Positions 19,824 to 22,398 of a stretch of 22,398 nt of DNA are shown piece after piece. Where the stretch lies: the NCBI GenBank assembly GCA_000934665.2, contig KZ539085.1, forward strand, positions 62,001-84,398, read 5' to 3'. The notes beneath the pieces were generated by a model. The model was not told the DNA's origin. It did not search any database and worked only from the letters and a program-made list of their open reading frames with translations. The translations under genes were made by a program, and so were the position numbers. This stretch comes from Catajapyx aquilonaris. Taxonomy: Eukaryota. The stretch's first letter is position 1. Every line of letters begins with the position of its first letter.

Positions 19824-20647
19824 CTGCCTCAGCCTGTCTAATGGAAAAGGATAGGGAGTACCTCCTCTAGGTATTATATTATATAATAGCGGAACTCTTT
19901 GACCATAACATACCTGGGCAACGCCGGGTAACCTGCTAGTAGAACCTAAGCATGGTCATAATAAGAAAATGGCATTAAAAATTGACCTAATAAGTGGCCT
20001 TGACAAAATTTTAGTCCCTAGTTAATTTAAATCAAGTACAGGAAGTTCCTGGTTTACAAATGACCTGTCTTATGATGATCCATACTTATGAACGGGCTCC
20101 CAGGGATCACCATAAGGATCATTTATAATCATACCTCCACTCTCAATCGCTTCTGTTTATGTTTCCTACACTCATGTAAACAAACCCTCATGGCATAAGC
20201 GGTTCGTTGCAGCAGCATCTTATAAGTTAGTGGCTACTATTATTACGGTATATGCGCTGTTCATCAGGGGATCCGAGTTGCGCACAAATCCGACGTACAG
20301 CTTTTCTCAGGAATGTATCCCTGTTCGTAGATTGGGGACTTTTGTATGTAAAGCTTATCACTTTTTGAGTGCCACCCTCCTAAACTACATTAGCTGTTCA
20401 TACTCATAGCCATGTAGATAATCCTTATATTATAATTTTACTTTGTTTAACCAGGTGTTGAAAACTTACTTCAAGTTAGAGGTTATGACTCAAGCGCCTT
20501 CAGCTTCCAAAGTTGTTTTCAGGTGTGATAGGCCACATAGCCAGACCAAAATTATACACTCCAACAGGGGTCAGTTACTGAACGTAACAATGTATTCATG
20601 TGCTGCCATAAGCTAATAGTAGACAAGAAATGGAAAAATTGCCTTAA

Positions 20648-21128
20648 GGGGGGATAAAGAGAATTGGGGAGTAAAAATCTTGCTAACTAACAACAGCAGA
20701 ACCGATTTTTTTTTTGGGGAAGTGTAACTGACCTCTCTCTTACACATATGCGTGGCACTTTTCCCATATTCTTAATATAGTCTTTTTAATAGTCATTTGC
20801 ATACGAGAGTAATTTACCCCATCGTGAAATTTTAAGTGATGTCGTAACAAGCACCCAAAAATGCGCAGAAAATTGGTGCTCCTGACAAATGAAGCAGATT
20901 TTTATGTTTAGCTGTAACCTTTCGGCAAATAATAATTTTGTCCAAATGACTGATTTGAGAACTACTAGAAGTTGGGGGAACCCTAATTTTCACGGTTTTT
21001 ATTGTGCCTAGAGGGAATGGTCAACCGCAAACTCAACCCTTCTTTTGTGTAGGGAGGGTGGGATCGAGTGTCTCCTCTTTCGGCCTGAGTTGGAACTGGA
21101 AGATGTCCGGATTCTCTATATCCCCACC
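20648..21128. mobile_element. TTAA-targeting non-autonomous element with GG termini (Kolobok-like)
   Basis: TTAA (20644-20647) + GGGGGGATAAAGAGAAT ... ATTCTCTATATCCCCACC + TTAA (21129-21132). Purine termini with a TTAA TSD fit Kolobok rather than piggyBac, which starts with CCY. Confidence 0.7.
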
Positions 21129-21996
21129 TTAATGGGGGCCTTGGCTTATTTGAGCTCTACTATATAATAGAATAGCATTTCATTTTACGTATCCTCTCTT
21201 ATTGTTCTCATTACTACTACTTAAGTAAATTTCAGCAATGGTGGTGTTAATAGTTTACCCAAGCTATGTCTGCCTAACTTCATGGGTTTTTTCTGCCTCC
21301 CTCCCCACCATCTCACCCTAACTGTCACCTCTTTTCTCCTGTGCTGCATTTGCTCGTAAAATGAAATATGTAACTATTCATTACAACCCATTTTATAAGT
21401 TTCCACCATTCGTCTGTTGAATTTTGGGAATAAATTCAATTGTAATATGTCTGTAAGCACTCCATATACCACACACACTCCTTCTATTCTAAGATGAAAC
21501 AGGGTAAGCTATGTGATGCACCAAGCTGCAAAAAAAATTGTAAACGTATGTGTCTGTCTACCTGCATAATTGTTACGCTAATTTAAACATTATAACTGAT
21601 AAATATTTCATCAGTACGGGAAAGCCATGCACTGTTTACCCTAGATTGAAATAAATGTAGAGTGACCTGGTGAGAGTCATTTTTTTCAAAGAGGCTGTTG
21701 TGTATTCCTTTTACAGTATCGGACATTAATCGCGTTGTACTGCTAGCGACATTTTCCAAAGGGGCAGAAGAATTAATCTTGCCCACATGGCTCGTACTCC
21801 ATCACTTCGTTCTTCTGCTCCTTTGGGAAATGTTGCTAGCAGCACGACGCGATAAATGTCCAACCCTGTATCTTCTGCAACTGGCAACTAGTTCAAAAAC
21901 ACAAATAATACAACTTGGGCCAACTCTTAGTTATTAGTTATTACTGATTAAAATATAATTGTGTATAAATGTGATGCTTGTTTTTTTTTTCTGCAG

Positions 21997-22398
21997 TATT
22001 CAATGACGGCAGTCAGAAGGAGCTGGTGTGCCTGCGGGGGACAGTCCCTGTTCAATACAAGGGTGTGACATACAACATCCCTGTGTGTGTTTGGCTCCTA
22101 GATACGCACCCAATGAATGCACCAATGTGCTATGTGACACCTACACATGATATGCAGGTGCAAGTGTCTCGCCATGTAGACCACACTGGGAAGGTATACC
22201 TTCCCTACTTGCATGACTGGAGCCATCATGGGTCAGATCTGCTGGGACTGGTGCAGGTCATGATCATAACTTTTGCCGAGCAGCCACCTGTCTACTCAAG
22301 ACCTCAGCAACTTCAACAGCAGCTCCAGTCGATGCCTGCCTTCTCCCCTCCTTACCCAACTCCAGGGTCGGGGGGAGGGGGCGTGGGTGGGGGAGGGG
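21997..22398 (+). CDS. TSG101: TSG101 coding exon 3 (UEV domain and start of Pro-rich region), runs off the window end
   Basis: Acceptor ttttttttttctgcag|TA, then the stop-free frame FNDGSQKELVCLRGTVPVQYKGVTYNIPVCVWLLDTHPMNAPMCYVTPTHDMQVQVSRHVDHTGKVYLPYLHDWSHHGSDLLGLVQVMIITFAEQPPVYSRP, a clear TSG101/Vps23 UEV domain. It is absent from the ORF track because there is no stop codon in the window. Confidence 0.96.

Larger units (their letters stand above)
19137..19901. mobile_element. P- or hAT-superfamily MITE, CAAAG termini, 8-bp TSD
   Basis: ACCATAAC (19129-19136) + CAAAGAGTTCTGCTA ... TAGCGGAACTCTTTG + ACCATAAC (19902-19909). The left TIR continues after the nested insert as CCTAGAGGAGGTACTC and pairs with GAGTACCTCCTCTAGG. 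Confidence 0.9.
18866..19939 (+). mobile_element. Non-autonomous Helitron (about 300 bp of its own sequence) carrying nested MITEs
   Basis: The 3' end has the GC-rich hairpin CCTGGGCAACGCCGGG followed by TAACCTG-CTAG|T (19936-19940). The candidate 5' end is A|TCTCTATCTCTATAAATAA at 18866 or 18872. An A^T insertion without TSD fits Helitron rules. The 5' boundary is less certain. Confidence 0.75.

Noticed and set aside
20355..20382. Mariner-like end TATCACTTTTTGAGTGCCACCCTCC-TA
   Set aside because: No partner terminus was found, so it is too weak to call.

Overview
Eukaryotic (animal, most likely arthropod; this is an inference from protein style and repeat types) genomic DNA holding the 5' parts of two divergently transcribed, intron-containing membrane-trafficking genes that share a CpG-rich promoter region at about 12.55-13.2 kb. 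On the minus strand is a USP6NL/RN-tre-like TBC Rab-GAP gene: a predicted first coding exon at 11459-11501 is spliced in phase to one 1365-nt exon (3084-4448) that carries the whole TBC domain, and the 3' exons were not found. On the plus strand is TSG101 (ESCRT-I), with exons at 13108-13173, 15539-15623 and 21997 to the window end. The introns contain about 10.4 kb (roughly 47% of the window, summed from my coordinates) of non-autonomous mobile elements. These include MITEs and long foldback elements with TA, TTAA, AATT, 3-bp and 8-bp target duplications, five tRNA-derived SINE copies from three families (one with a V-SINE-like core), and a non-autonomous Helitron. Several are nested, up to four levels deep. 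No transposase or reverse-transcriptase ORF is present, and nearly all short ORFs in the supplied track are spurious. I found no convincing new enzymatic system. The most notable features are the density and nesting of long hairpin elements, an unclassified CAAGG-ended foldback family with a TNA target duplication, the head-to-head pairing of two endocytic genes, an N-terminal extension of RN-tre, and a 5'UTR G-quadruplex.
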